A stretch of DNA of 60,660 nucleotides, filler included, from Basidiobolus ranarum (lineage: Eukaryota): NCBI GenBank assembly GCA_040143965.1. It is 7 parts of 7 records of this genome, joined end to end, with 100 filler letters (N's around TTAATTAATTAA, not from the genome) between each part and the next. Parts side by side here need not be neighbours in the genome. Positions count along the whole stretch, not along the records: positions 1 to 8,611 come from JASJQH010000949.1; positions 8,712 to 17,303 come from JASJQH010000951.1; 5 more parts are not named here. One strand, written 5' to 3'. Every line of letters begins with the position of its first letter. Positions within the stretch are counted from its first letter, which is position 1. This document shows, piece after piece, positions 1-12,887 of this stretch. Position numbers and translations under genes: made by a program. The notes beneath the pieces are model-generated. The model was given only the letters and a program-made list of their open reading frames with translations. It had not been told where the DNA came from and ran no database searches.

Positions 1-2007
1 CTAGGGGAGTTGATGGATGACTCCAATGACAGGATTGGCCTCTGGGTTTCCTCCCCCCCATCCTTTGGATGATATCTGCATATATAGCATTTTCTGAACC
101 GGAAAATTTGACACAAGCTCTGAAATCTGATGAAGTGACAGAATGGAGAAAAGCCACTAATGATGAAATTCACTCCCTAATCAAGAATATCACATGGATC
201 CTTGTGGATTTACCTACTGGAAGAAAAACTATTGGTAATAGATGGGTGCTGAAGCTGAAACCTAACTCAGATGGATCTATTAACTGGTACAAAGCAAGAT
301 TAGTAGTAAAAGGCTATGCTCAGAAACATGGTATTGACTATGATGAAACATTTTCTCCCATTGCTAAGTTTACCTCAATCAGAGTAATCCTAGCCATTGC
401 TACCCACCAAGGAATGCTGATTGAACAAATGGACATCAAGACAGCATTTCTTAAAGGAGAAATTGATGAAGATATATACATGGATCAACCAGAGGGATAT
501 ATTGCAAAAGGAAAAGAAAATCAAGTATGCAAACTACAGAGAAGTCTATATGGTCTGAAACAGGCTCCTCATGCATGGAATACCAAAATCAATCAGATCT
601 TCATGAAACATCTTTTCCACTGTAGCAAAGCTCATCACTGCATATACTTCAAGACTATCAAAGCCACTAAAGTGATAATTGCTCTCTATGTTGATGATAT
701 CATAATAGTTAGTAATTGCCCAAATCTGATGAATCAAACTAAGACCTGGTTATCTACCAAGTTTGAAATGCAAGATCTTGGATCACTAGCATAATGTCTT
801 GGAATGCAGATACATCAAAATTCCACTTTTGGAACACTCTGTATTACACAAGAAAAATATATTGGAGATGTTTTAAACAGATTCAATATGTCAGAATGTA
901 AAACTGCTTCAAATCCACTACATATGCTGAAACTCACTAACAATATGGAACTAAAGACCTCTGAAGATATTGAAATCATGAAACATATTCCTTATCATAG
1001 TGCAGTTGGAAGTCTCATATATGCAACAACTGGTACTAGGCCTGATATTGCTACAGCAGTAAGTATAGTAAGCTAATATATGGAAAATCCTGCAATGGAA
1101 CATTGGATAGCTGTGAAACAGATAATACACTATCTGAAAGGAACAATACATCATGGAATTCAATTTAGTAAGCAGTACAACATGTCACTTATTTTGGAAG
1201 GATATGCTGATGCAGATGGGGCTAACAATACAGCAGACTGTAAATCCAGAACTGGATATGTGTTTAAGCTGGCAGGTGGGCTAATATGCTGGATTAGCAA
1301 GAAACAACAAACTGTTACATTATCAATAACAGAAGCAGAATATATGGCAAGCTCTATGGCTGTTCAAGATGCTATATGGCTAAGGAGTCTTCTCAAGGAA
1401 CTAGGATATGATCAAGTTAATCCTACCCCAATATATCAAGATAATATTAGTTGTATTCAGATCACCAAGAATCCTGAGCATCACTCAAGGATGAAACATA
1501 TTGACAAAAGACATCATTTTATACAAGAGAGAGTTCAAGACAAAGAAGTGAGCTTTATTTATTGTAATACTGAAAACATACTTGCAGATATACTAACAAA
1601 ACCACTCAAAACTTTAAGCTTTGAGAAGTTAAGAGCAGGAATAGGCATTAGTGAATATAAGCACAATGCTGAATAAGAATTAAGGGAAGGTGTTGGATAA
1701 TTAATCTTTATTCAACATCATAGTTGACTTTGGTTATGACACATATATCAGAAACAGAAAACAATGTAACTATAGCCCCTATATTCTAAATAGGAATATC
1801 TCTATATCTATATAACAAGTATGTCTTATTACCCCCACTTATCTATTATATCTTATTACACAAACTCCTGAATATTTCAAACAATTGATTTACTTTTCTA
1901 CTATATAAGTCACCATATACTCTTGAAAATAAACTAACTAAAACACACTATCATAAGTTGCTTCTAATACCCAAAGTCTACCCCCATTATGTCAAGATCC
2001 TCCAACA
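1..2007 (+). mobile_element. Ty1/copia LTR retrotransposon, family A, 3' part (RT, RNase H, PPT, 3' LTR); decayed
   Basis: RT motifs [30 protein letters not shown] and LYVDDI (69-794); RNase H motifs YADAD and EAEYMA..ADILTKPL (1080-1676); in-frame stops; PPT TAAGGGAAGG at 1681-1690. Confidence 0.95.
1691..2007 (+). repeat. Family A 3' LTR
   Basis: Inverted termini TGTTGGA...TCCAACA directly after the PPT; near-identical copy at 26558-26873. Confidence 0.9.
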
Positions 2008-2029
2008 CAACCCATATTTTCTCAATAAC

Positions 2030-2541
2030 TATTAAAGTGTTTGGGAGCCTGTTGGAAGTGGTTTAGAGAATTAGAGGAATTGGTGGTTTTCACTCATTGA
2101 TTCAAGTAGAAATTTGACATTTATAGTCTTGTCAAGATGTAAACAAACAAACATGTAGAATTTTTTAAGGAAGGTCCCAGGAACATGTGTGCAAGGTTTG
2201 GGGCTTCTAGCACAAGTTTGAAAAATCTATATATCTGAGAACTTCTAAGTTGTTAAAATATTCTAAGTAAATTCCAATTAAGAATAATGGATAATATCTT
2301 AGTGAATTATGAGATACCTTAGTACTAAGCTATATATGGCTATATAGATGTTTAGGCAAAGCGAATTTCAACACTCTCCCTTAACTAAATGCTTTGGTCA
2401 ATATATTAGCAATCATGTCTTCCATAGAACAGTATGTTAAGTCAATAAACTTATACTCCAGAGTCTCTCTAATGAAGTGATGCTTAATATCTATATGTTT
2501 GCTTCTATTATCAAACATGGGATTTTTAGCTAATTTGATAC
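2030..2541 (-). mobile_element. Copia family B 3' end (RNase H tail, PPT, LTR 2030-2373), interrupted by another family B element
   Basis: Minus strand KHIDIKHHFIRE..MIANILTK, then GGGAGAG PPT, then TGTTGAAATT LTR start. Confidence 0.85.
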
Positions 2542-5500
2542 TGTTAAAGTATTTGGGAGCCTGTTGGAAGTGGTTTTGGAGAATTAAGGAATTGGTGGTT
2601 TTCACTTATTGATTTATTGAATAGAAAGTTGAAATTTATAGTTCTGTCAAGATATAAACAAACTAACTTGTAGAATATGATAAGGAAGGTCACAGGAGCA
2701 TGTGTACAAAGTTTGGGGCTTCAAGCACAAGTTTGAAAAATGGATTTATCTGAGAACTTCCAAGTTGGTAAAATATTTGAAGGAAATCCCAATTAAGAAT
2801 AATGGATAATATCTCAGTTAATTATAAGATAACTAGGTATTAAGCTATATATCACTATATAGGTGTTTAGGCAATGCTAATTTCAGCACTCTTTCTCAAC
2901 TAGATAGTCATACACACTAATCCTAAGAAAGGTCTAAATTTCTCAAATTTCTTTCTAATTAATGGTTTGGTTAATATATCAGCCATCAAGTCTTCTGTAG
3001 AACAATAAGTTAAGTCAATAAACTTATTCTCTATAGTGTCTCTAATGAAGTGATGCTTAATATCTATGTATTTGCTTCTATTGTGAAACATGGGATTTTA
3101 GCTAATTTGATACAACTTTGATTATGCTGAAATATTGTATTTGGTGAATTTTGAGAATAACCTAAATCGGTCAAGAGTTTCTTTTCCATGCTGCTTCTGT
3201 TGTAGTTTCACAGGCAGCCATATATTCAGCTTCTGTTGTTGAAAGTGCTATGGTAGGTTGTTTCTTTGAATTCCAAGAAATAGCTACATAACAGCAAAGA
3301 AATAAGTATCCTGTTGTAGATCTCCTGTCTTCAATATCTCTTTCCCCATTTGCATCTGAATATCCCATCATATTAAAGTTTGATCCCAAATATATGTATT
3401 TTAAGCATAGATCCACATTATCTTTCAAATATCTGAAAATCTGCTTAGCTACTATGATTTGATCAGATCCATAATTTTAAAGATATTGGCACATAACTCC
3501 CACAGAATAAGCAATATCTGGTCATGTTCCAACCATGATGTACATCAAACTACCAACCGTAGATTGATAAGGAAATTTCTGGCTTTGATTTGAATCCAAG
3601 AATGTCTGATTTAAGCCATTTTCAGTCATGTTAAGATTTGTCTCCATTGGGGTAGATACTGGATTACTTCCTTCTAATTTAAACTTCTTTGGTATATCTA
3701 GGATATACTTAGATGGGTTTAAAGTTAATGTTCTGGTAGTTCTATTTATCTTAATTTGGATTCCAAGATAGTATGTCAGTTCATCAACATCAGGCATTTT
3801 GAATTGGCAGATAGGCTGGATTTGTTTTTCTCCAAAGTCCTCAAGTCATTGGTTGCTATAATAAGGTCATCTACATATAAGGCTAATAATACTGGGTTTG
3901 TCTTATCTGGCCTGAAGTAGATACTATAGTCAGCATTACATGTTTGGAACTTGAGTGTTTCCAAAAAAGCATCTTGGTTGGGGGGTTGATTTGAATTCCA
4001 GAAATTAGGCAATTTTTGATGATTTTCCTCATATAATCAATTCCAATATGGCCAAATCTCTTATGCCATAATTGAATAGTTTCTTGATTGGATTAACTTA
4101 TATTTACACATAAACCTTTTGGATTATATGAAAGTTTGTATAAGTTCTGATCCTTTTTTCTCAAAGCTAAATAATTCTCATTTTGATCAGTGATGGTGTA
4201 TTCTGTCTTATCAAGATTGAATTTTAGCCCTTCTGAGGTGGCCTTGCATACAGATATTAAGTTCTTGGCAATATCTGGAACATGTAGTATGTCCTTAAAA
4301 GTATATGCTTTCTCTTTAAAAACTCCAGTTAAATTGACTTGAATTGTTCCCAATCCAATAGCATCCAATGTGTGGTCATCTCCCATGAAAATCTTTCTAA
4401 TTGGGATTTCTTCATATTCCACAAACCAATGTTTTTTATTTGTGAGATGTTGGGAGGCTCTAGAATCAATATGCCACATCTGAGAATCCTTGTTGGTATT
4501 CATAGATACAGCAGATATAAGCAAGTGATCTTCTGTTGTAATCACATTTCTGGATTCAGTATGTTTTTCTTCTTTCTCAATTCTTTTAAAGCAATCTTTG
4601 CTTGAATGGCCAGTTGTTTTGCTGTAATCACAGAATGTGCTACCTTTCTTCTTAAAGTGCTTTTGACCTTTGTATGAAGGTTTTCTATAGCCTCTTATAG
4701 TATTTTCTTGATTCTTTTTGATGGATCCTGATTTGCATAAATCTTCATCCAGAAGTCTGCCAAATACATAATTTAAGGTCATCTTTTCAGTTCTTGATTC
4801 AAGGGCCATTACTAGGCTCTGAAACTTGTGTGGCAGGCTATTCAGGACTGTAACTATGATATCTTGATCAGTAGTAGGTATTCCAATGTGCTCCACTTCA
4901 TCCATTAAAATAGAGACTCCATTAATTAGTGATTTAATGTCTTCTCCTGCCTTCATCTTTAAGTTGAAGAATTGTCTTCTTAGAAACATCTTGTTGGCAG
5001 CAGAACTTGTTTAGTAGGTGTCTTCCATTTCTGTCCATACCTTCTTGGCAGTTTTAGTTCTTGAACATTGAGTTAGCAATTTGTCTTTAATATTTAGGCA
5101 AATTGTGTTAAAGGCACTTTGTTCTTTTTAAACCGGAGTAAAACTTTGGTTTCAGATAGTTTTGCATTGTTTTCTTCTCCTACAACAGTGTCTCAAGGTC
5201 CTTTTTCTTGCAGCAGCATTTTCATTTTAATTTTCCAAACTTGATAATTGGTTGCATCCAATTTTTCAGAAGAGGGAAAAGTTCCATAGATTTGCAAAGT
5301 AGACAATACTGAGAGTGCAAGCTCTGGGCTCATAGCCTGTTAAAGTATTTGGGAGCCTGTTGGAAGTGGTTTTGGAGAATTAGAGTAATTGGTAGATTTC
5401 ACTTATTGATTTATTCAGTAGAAAGTTGACATTTATAGTTTTGTCAACATGTCAACAAACAAACATGTAGAATATGTTAAAAAAGGTCCCAGAAAAGTGT

Positions 5501-5686
5501 GTGCAAAGTTTGGGGCTTCTAGCACAAGTTTGAAAAATCTATATATCTGAGAACATCTAAGTTGGTAAGTATATTTTAATTAAACTCCAATTGATAATAA
5601 TGGATAATATCTTAGCAAATTTTAAGATAACTAAGTACTAAGTTATATATGACTATATATGTGTTTAGGCAAAGCCAATTTCAACA
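2542..5686 (-). mobile_element. Copia family B element with both LTRs (2542-2888, 5338-5686), internally deleted (gag-protease fused to partial RT-RNase H, no integrase core)
   Basis: Two similar ~347 bp LTRs; PBS at 5326-5337; gag, degenerate zinc knuckle and protease-like WHIDSRASQH (4093-4989); LYVDDL and YSDA..TEAEY; flanks GATAC/GAAAC. Confidence 0.9.
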
Positions 5687-6027
5687 GAAACTACAAAATT
5701 TAATACTAGATAAGCCACAGCTTTCTAAAGAGTTAAGATTTATCTGATTAAATTATTACTGGGCAAGTTAGAGTCAAACCTAAAACAAGCAATATCTCTA
5801 ATCTCAGCATGAAGAAGAACAGCCACCTATTTTTAAGAAAAATTGTGAATTAACAGTTTTACCTGGCAACATCCAAGTATCTAGCCATTGAGAGGAGCTG
5901 AATACATGCATATGCATTAATCATTAATCATTAAACTCTGCTGATAAATAGAAATTTCAATGTCACAGCAGATGTATTGCAACTACATCACTGAATCTTT
6001 ATTTCTGAGCCAGCTTTGACTAGTTAT

Positions 6028-6373
6028 TGTTAAAGTATTTGGGAGCCTGTTGGAAGTGGTTTGGAGAATTAGAGAAATTGTTAGTTGCACTTATTGATTA
6101 ATTGAGTGGAAAGTTGACATTTATAGTTTTGTCAAGATGTAAACAAACTAATGTGTAGAATGTGTTAAGGAGGTCTTTGGAACATGTGTGCAAGGTTTGG
6201 AGCTTCTAGCAAAAGTTTGAAAAATATATATATCTGAGAACCTCTAAGTTGGTTTCAATATTCCAAGTAAACTCCAATTGAGAATAATGGGTAATATCTT
6301 GGTGAGTTATAAGATAACTAAGTACTAAGCTATATATGAATATACAGGTGTTTAGGCAATGCTAATTTCAATA
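6028..6373 (-). repeat. Family B solo LTR
   Basis: Full LTR copy flanked by a perfect 5-bp target-site duplication GTTAT (6023-6027 and 6374-6378). Confidence 0.92.
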
Positions 6374-8611
6374 GTTATCATAGTCTATTTGATTGAGAGT
6401 GATTAAGCTTTCATATATATTGCTGATCTTCCTTTTTGGCTCAAGAGAACTTCTTCTCAACAAATTTTCCAACACTTTCCTCTTTAAACACTTCCCTTCC
6501 TTTAAAACCAAGATATTCTTCCAATCTGAACAGAAAGATTATAAAGTCTCATATTGCAACTTTATGATTGCTTTTGCAACTGTTAAAGTATTGCAATACT
6601 GAATCTCTTACAACTCTTTAGTGTTGGTAATTGAAAGAATTGTAGTGAAAGATTTTTGAATAAATATTTGGCAAACCTAATTGGAGGGGAAGATACACCT
6701 ATATAATCATGGACCATAGTGGCAAATAAACTAGGGTGGATTTTCAACAACACTATTAACTTCTTATTATATCAAATAGATTCTTGGTGCATAGCTTCTA
6801 TATTTTCACAATCGCATTTCCAACAACCTATTTTTAATTGTAAACTATAGAAAAGATCTAGGCAATTGTGGAAAGTGAGGATGCACAACAATCATAGTAA
6901 TGAAAGATGGTACTGATAGAATTGTGAGAGAAGATGACCCTAAGAGGAATCATAGTACCATTTAGCAACTCTGAATAATATCTACTTCTTGAGTCCTCGA
7001 TGAATACTTGTAAAAGTAGGTATGTTTATACATGAACGGGTTCTTTTGCCAACAACTCCAAAATTTGCTCAAATACTAGAGCCATTGGGTAGTCAAATTA
7101 TCTGGTGATCTACTAAGACTACGCTGGCAACAATCTCTTACAGAGATGTAGGAAAACATCTTAATTGGTTACATATATTCGAGATATGTAGGTTTAGGCT
7201 TCAGGATAATAGCAACCTTAATCGAACCTGTGTTAATTGCCTTTGGGGCTAGAAATAAAGACCCAAGAGATGGCCTCTTTCATGCAGAAATTCATGGTTT
7301 GACGGATATTTAGTCAAGGCTAACAAACAAAAGATCAGATAAGGTAGTGAACTGATTAATGAAACTTTAAATACAACAAAATACTCGAAATAAAAGTTTA
7401 CTCTATGATGCTAGTTGGTGTTCCTATTTTCATGCATGTCTTCATTTACCGAAAATCTCCCATCAAGAAAGTATAAATTGAGTGTTAGCGATTCATAGCA
7501 CACTACCCTTAACAGAAGCATAATGAACAAATACAACTGTACCAAATCCAACGGCCGTCCTGTACCAGGTCACAAGTGCCATACTCGCCGCCAGCTTTGG
7601 GTGACAGGAGCTAGTTGATTTCCAAACTGTTCCCCAAGATGGAGTTGGTCTTGGAGAGGTTCTCAGTGTTGTCATTCTCGATGGCAGACAGCATGAGATG
7701 TGCAGAAAGAAGCGCGTGCACAGCCTTCGGGCTATTCAAACGAAATAAATAATCACAGATAAATAGTCGAGAAACTGGTCTTGAACTAGATTATTGATAT
7801 TCTTATTGACACGATAATATCTTGAATATTTGGAAAATTGAGCCGAAAGTTGAGCCGAAAATCGAAACGCGGTGTATTTGACTTATTAAGCGGACGAATA
7901 CAACTTAACTATCTATCCTAGTAAGTTGACATAACCCAATATGACTGTAGTGTTTCATCTTGTTATCGTTAGATCGTGGCTGGCCAATGGTGAAGGAGCT
8001 TAATTATAAAGCCTAAAGTAAACTATATTTGAATTCTTAATTTTAAGTGGATCGGGCGGGTTTAGCCAATCCATAACCTTACTGCCACTCTAGATCATTC
8101 GAGGATCTCCATAAGCAGATGGAAAAGAGGGGTAGCATGCTGTTACGAAATCTCTAGAGATCATACCAGACACTCGGTCTCTTATTGAAGGAAATGTTTC
8201 ACTTTTGGACGAAGGAAGTATAATAAAATCCTATTTTTGTTGTTGCTTAAAACCAAAGCCACACTGGGCATGGCCGAAATTGGAGCTGAACCTTCCATAA
8301 TGTGAAAGATGTGCTCTATATGGGCCAGAGAAAACATCCAAATAGAGTTAAGAATATAAAGAGACTGGCCCGATTTCGATCTCCGACCATAACCTAGCCC
8401 AATTAGTTACCGAGACGGGTTGCATTTTTTATCCAAAATAGATCATTCGGGAATTCAAATACCAGGTCGTTCGGGTTCAGGAACAATTAAAAGTAACCGG
8501 TCGACCCACCTCAAGTCAAACAAATACAGCTTTTTCTAAGGCTTTAGAAAAACAAACCGTCTTCGGAACTCTATTCCTACAACTAGTAGCTTTACTCCAT
8601 AATGTCCGAGG

Positions 8612-8711
8612 NNNNNNNNNNNNNNNNNNNNNNNNNNNNNNNNNNNNNNNNNNNNTTAATTAATTAANNNNNNNNNNNNNNNNNNNNNNNNNNNNNNNNN
8701 NNNNNNNNNNN
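8612..8711. other. Artificial 100-bp contig linker (same linker at 17304-17403, 25992-26091, 34679-34778, 43356-43455, 52017-52116)
   Basis: N44-TTAATTAATTAA-N44, which places stop codons in all six frames. Confidence 0.98.
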
Positions 8712-8844
8712 ACTTGTCATTTTCACCGCCTTTAACATGGTGTGGTCATCTTAGCGGGGGGACTGGGGAAGGGTACTCTATGCTAGCATGATGGCATGGG
8801 GTAGTGATTTCAAGAATCACAAAAGAATTAATTTCTGAACGACG

Positions 8845-10054
8845 AGGTATGATAAGACACCTTCGTTCAAAAACGTTAGAATAGAACTTTCTGATGTGGA
8901 TAAACCGAGAAAAAGTACCGTTATCTAGAACAAACCATCTGGATTTGTATCCGCTAGCGTAATTAGTCCATTTTTGAAGGGTTCCAGATATTTTTGGAGC
9001 TTGACCGGCGACAGTAGGTTGCAGAGTACTGGGCACTATAACATAATTTCTGTCAGTCTTACTTGGCAATCAACCATTCGAACATAAACTCTGTGACCTT
9101 CTTTTAATAAACTTTTGATGCTCTCGTTAGTAGAGACATCTACTGGAAGTTTCCCCTTTTTATCTCGAGCAAAGACATCTGCACCCTTCTCCATCAACCA
9201 CTTAACCACTTCAGCATTACCTTGACGAGCTGCCTCGTGTAGAGCTGTTGAACCTGTAACGGGATCTTGAGAACTCAGATCTAGTAAATTTGTCACACGT
9301 TGACTTTTGAGAAGAGTAAGTAAAGCGGTAAGGTCGCCGCTGGCTACAGCCTCATTCAAATCCTTAGTTTTAGAGGCTATAAACGTCTGTCTCATATCTA
9401 AAGAATATATGTACTAGTTAAGTTTCTAAAAGCACCATTCAGATATGATATTTTAAGTTGGAGCAGTGTATTACCGTGGAGTAACTCGGCAGATTCCGTA
9501 TTTTTAGCAACATGGAGAGCCAGTTTTCCTTGGTGGTTACAGATGGTGTCATCAATATCCGGATGTTGCATTAACAGCCTAATGGCATCAACACGACCTG
9601 ACTTGGCAGCTAAATGTAAAGGGGAGTTTCCGTTTTGATCGGTTTGGTTGATATGAATTCCGGGTAAGGTCAAAACATATTGCAAAATTTCTTTGCTAGC
9701 ACAACCGATAGCAAGATGAAGTGGATATATCTTGTGCTCGGCTGGATTTTGTTTCCCAGCTGTCTCGATTAAAGATTTTAAAGTGGTTTTATCCCCTTAT
9801 GTTTAAAAGAAGAGGGTTTTATAAGTTTCATATTACCTGGCATAAAAATAATGGAACTTTTACCTGCACGCAAAGCTTCAAGAAGATTGAAGGTTTTGAT
9901 CGCATCGTCGAGATCTATAAAGAAAGGAACCTTAAGTTTTGAGGAACTGAGGACAAGATAAAAATTAACAATAAATACTGGTTTGCTTTTCAGGCAATGC
10001 ATCTATAGTTTCGGAGGGGACATTTATCTCTGGTTGATCAGAATCTGAACCCAT
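8845..10054 (-). CDS. Ankyrin-repeat plus PH-domain protein, N-terminus of an OSH1/SWH1-type oxysterol-binding protein; multi-exon, 3'-truncated
   Basis: ATG at 10054 (MGSDSDQPE); spliced exons FNLLEALRAGD, YPLHLA, GNSPLHLAAKSGR, GSTALHEAARQGN; PH start GTLQKWTNYASGYKSRWFVL; GT-AG introns. Confidence 0.85.
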
Positions 10055-10611
10055 GGTCTTTCAGGTAAATAATGAACTGTCTCAAGAGTACACGAGTTCT
10101 TTAAATAATGTTTAGAGTGTGCTTCTTGTCTATGAAAGATCGATTGATATTGAAGGTTAATCAAACTATAATAATCACGCCAAGCATCTGCGCCACATTC
10201 GACATCAAATCTCAGAATGCTATAACCAATCTTATTGACGTAAAATTGACTAATAAATCTATATTTACTGCCTGATTGTACCTTGGGGCCCAATAAACTG
10301 CCTCACTTATGCATCAATTAGATACGATCAACTATGCATCCTCTATAAGTGCAATGGACTTTTGACACCTGTGCTGAACTGAGAATAGTTTGAAATTAGA
10401 ATTTCTTTTAGCAGGATCCGATGAGTCTGGTAAAATACGTTCTGCACAATTCATTTTATTTGTTTGCGAAGACCATTTAGAAAACATGAAAACGTATTAT
10501 GGGATATGAACAAGTTCAGGCAAGTACTCTGCTTGAGAAACCACATTGCCGACCCCTCTTCTATTAAATATATATATCTACAAAATGCAAAGATAGGAAC
10601 TTTCAGAACTT

Positions 10612-11905
10612 TTAATCCACTACAATATCCTGCCGACTCTCTTCCTTGTCCTATGAAGATGAATTAGTATGGTAGTCTGTAGAAAGCGAATACTTGAAAC
10701 ATCCATTACTCTCTTTTTCTTTTTCTTTTTACGGTGTTCTCCATCATGACTCTCGTGGTCATGATCGTGTCTGTGTTTCTTTTTCTAAATTCAACGTATG
10801 AGAAACGATGTGTCAACAATACTAATGATACATGAATACCAACCTTCTTTTTGTGCTTTCTTTCGCCATCCTTGTCTTTATCCTTATCTCTATCCTTCTC
10901 ACGATCTTTACGCTTAGCTCTTTCCCTATCACGGTCTTTGTCTTTATCTCTGTCTCTTTCTCTGTCCCTATCCCGGTCTCTGTCACGCTCTCTGTCTCGA
11001 TCACCGTCACGTTCTCGGGGCCGCTCACGAGGCCGTTCAGTATCTCGTTCCTTGTCGCGTTCGCGACTTTTATCATGCTCTTTAACTCTATCTCTAGAGG
11101 GAACTGAATTGGTTTTTTTAAAAAAAAGGGTAAGTTAAAACAAAACAAAACTCGGACACTCCAACTGTCAATCTCGTGAAAAATAAAATCACCTGAAGTT
11201 GAAGAAGGAACAGGTACAGAAGATTCTGGTTTAGGCACGGTTGGTTTGATATTACGTTTACGAATGTCCCGTTCAGAACCAAGTCTTGATACATCAAACT
11301 ATTGGGGAAAAATAACAAAAAAACCTAATAAGATAAAGAGATATTGTCGTATATTAGAAATAAATATATATACTCCGGGTACAGTTCCAGGTCTTAAAGA
11401 AAAGGCATCTTTAAGTGTGTCTACATCAAAAGGAGAAATGTTTCCTGCTGCTTTAGGGGGAGCCATGATCAAGTCTCTCAAATATGTGGAAGGAGTAAAA
11501 TCCGTCTTCCCTAGAAAATAAAAATGAAAATACAACCAGAGTTGAGTAAACACACGTAAAATAAAAAGGTAACACGTTGACTATTGTTCATACCAGGTAA
11601 CTCTTTCACATATCCCTCATAGGTCTCTTCCATCTGAGGTGCTCTCTCAGCTTTCAGATAAGGCCGTACAAAAGCGTTGTACGTGGAAGCCAAATTAAAT
11701 TCGGTAATAAAATCTTGACTACCAGAGTACCTTGGAGGCCGTTCTTTATTATTTAAAATTGACCCATGTTTTTAGACGAATCACTTGGTTTCAGTTAAAA
11801 AAACAAGAAGTGTAAATGATCGCTACCTCGTGGTGTATATTGTGTTGGTAGATAGAAATCATTATTTGTTTCAACCGATTCCATTGTAAAATCCATCGGC
11901 TCCAT
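10612..11905 (-). CDS. MED19: Mediator subunit Med19 (Rox3-like), multi-exon, with RD/RE-repeat and Lys-rich tail
   Basis: Spliced protein FYLP..YSGSQDFITEFNLASTYNAFVRP..YVKELPGK..LRDLIMAPPK..FSLRPG resembles the Med19 core; C-terminal KKKHRH..KKKKKKR; ATG 11905, TAA 10612-10614. Confidence 0.8.
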
Positions 11906-12457
11906 TGTTGAATACGGCAAAGCGAAGACAACTGGAGATGAGTAAAAGCCTACGAAAGCCAGCTCTAAATTTAAAATAACTCCTATTTTTATTGATGTAT
12001 TTTGAATTGTGAGGGGTTATTTCATAAATTACGAAACTCAAAGTCACTGGATTAATCGAAATCAATGCTCAATTTACTAGGGGCAAAACTCAATACAGGG
12101 ATGTCACTAAATGCCAAAAGTAGGAAACTTCTTAATAAATATCTGTAACCGAGTAGTTACTTCCAAATGACGATAATTTAAGACTCAATAAATATCTACA
12201 TTTTAAATTCGATTCTTTTAATCTTCATTTTATTGGATGAATTGAGAAATTTGGGAAACCATTTCTGATATTGGGGATTTTTTTTCTTCTTTCCTTGACC
12301 AATGAAAATGAATTTCTCACATGGATCCTCGAACAATGAAAAAGGTGAAAGTATTTAAGCATGGCTTCATCTCTTTGTGTTCCTTACTTCTCCGCTCCAT
12401 TAAGCGTGTTCTTAAGGTATTTAATCAATGTTTGATTTACTTCTATCTTCAATCTCT

Positions 12458-12532
12458 TCAAATGATGATCCAAACTCAGACCTGTTCTGAACACACATGT
12501 GGACAACATACATTGCCTTTTATTCTGATTTC
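12458..12532 (+). ncRNA. Box C/D snoRNA, snR56/U25 (SNORD25) type, copy 1
   Basis: C box ATGATGA 12462; guide CAGACCTGTT antisense to 18S AACAGGUCUG; D' CTGA 12487; C'-like ATGTGGA; D CTGA 12525. Confidence 0.88.
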
Positions 12533-12668
12533 TATCCAGTTTTTAACCATCATATTGTTATCGAACCGTTTCTGACTCTTTCAAATTCCTAGACCTTGTA
12601 TATTACTCATCCTTATGGAATACGTTTGTGTAAATAATGTAAGTTATATTCCTAGTTGCATATTCAAA

Positions 12669-12750
12669 ATTCTCAGTGATGATCAACATTTCAGACCTGT
12701 TCTGAGTCCATAATGCGGATAACCTATATTGCCTTTTATCTGACGAGAAT
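12669..12750 (+). ncRNA. Box C/D snoRNA, snR56/U25 type, copy 2
   Basis: C box GTGATGA 12676; CAGACCTGTT followed by D' CTGA 12702; D CTGA 12740; terminal stem ATTCTC/GAGAAT. Confidence 0.88.
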
Positions 12751-12887
12751 CTATTGAATATCATTTTATATTCTTATGAACCAACTCTAATCAATTTCTC
12801 TTTCAAAGATATGAAACTCTTATGACGTATTGACTAGAAGTGCTCGATTAACTCGTTGCTGATTAGGTAAATATCATTTTGTTATAT

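Noticed and set aside
6581-6749. Short TGTTAAA...TTTCAACA segment as a fourth LTR family
   Set aside because: No second copy in the window and no TSD
7493-7735. GC-richer coding-like patch on the minus strand (AIENDNTENLSK..KAGGEYG)
   Set aside because: In-frame stop and no recognisable family; at most a pseudogene fragment
8656-8667. TTAATTAATTAA palindrome recurring every ~8.7 kb as a biological motif
   Set aside because: It is embedded in N runs and is an artificial six-frame-stop linker
10822-11238. Overlapping hydrophobic and Ser-Leu ORFs on both strands
   Set aside because: Alternative-frame shadows of the low-complexity RD-repeat exon of MED19
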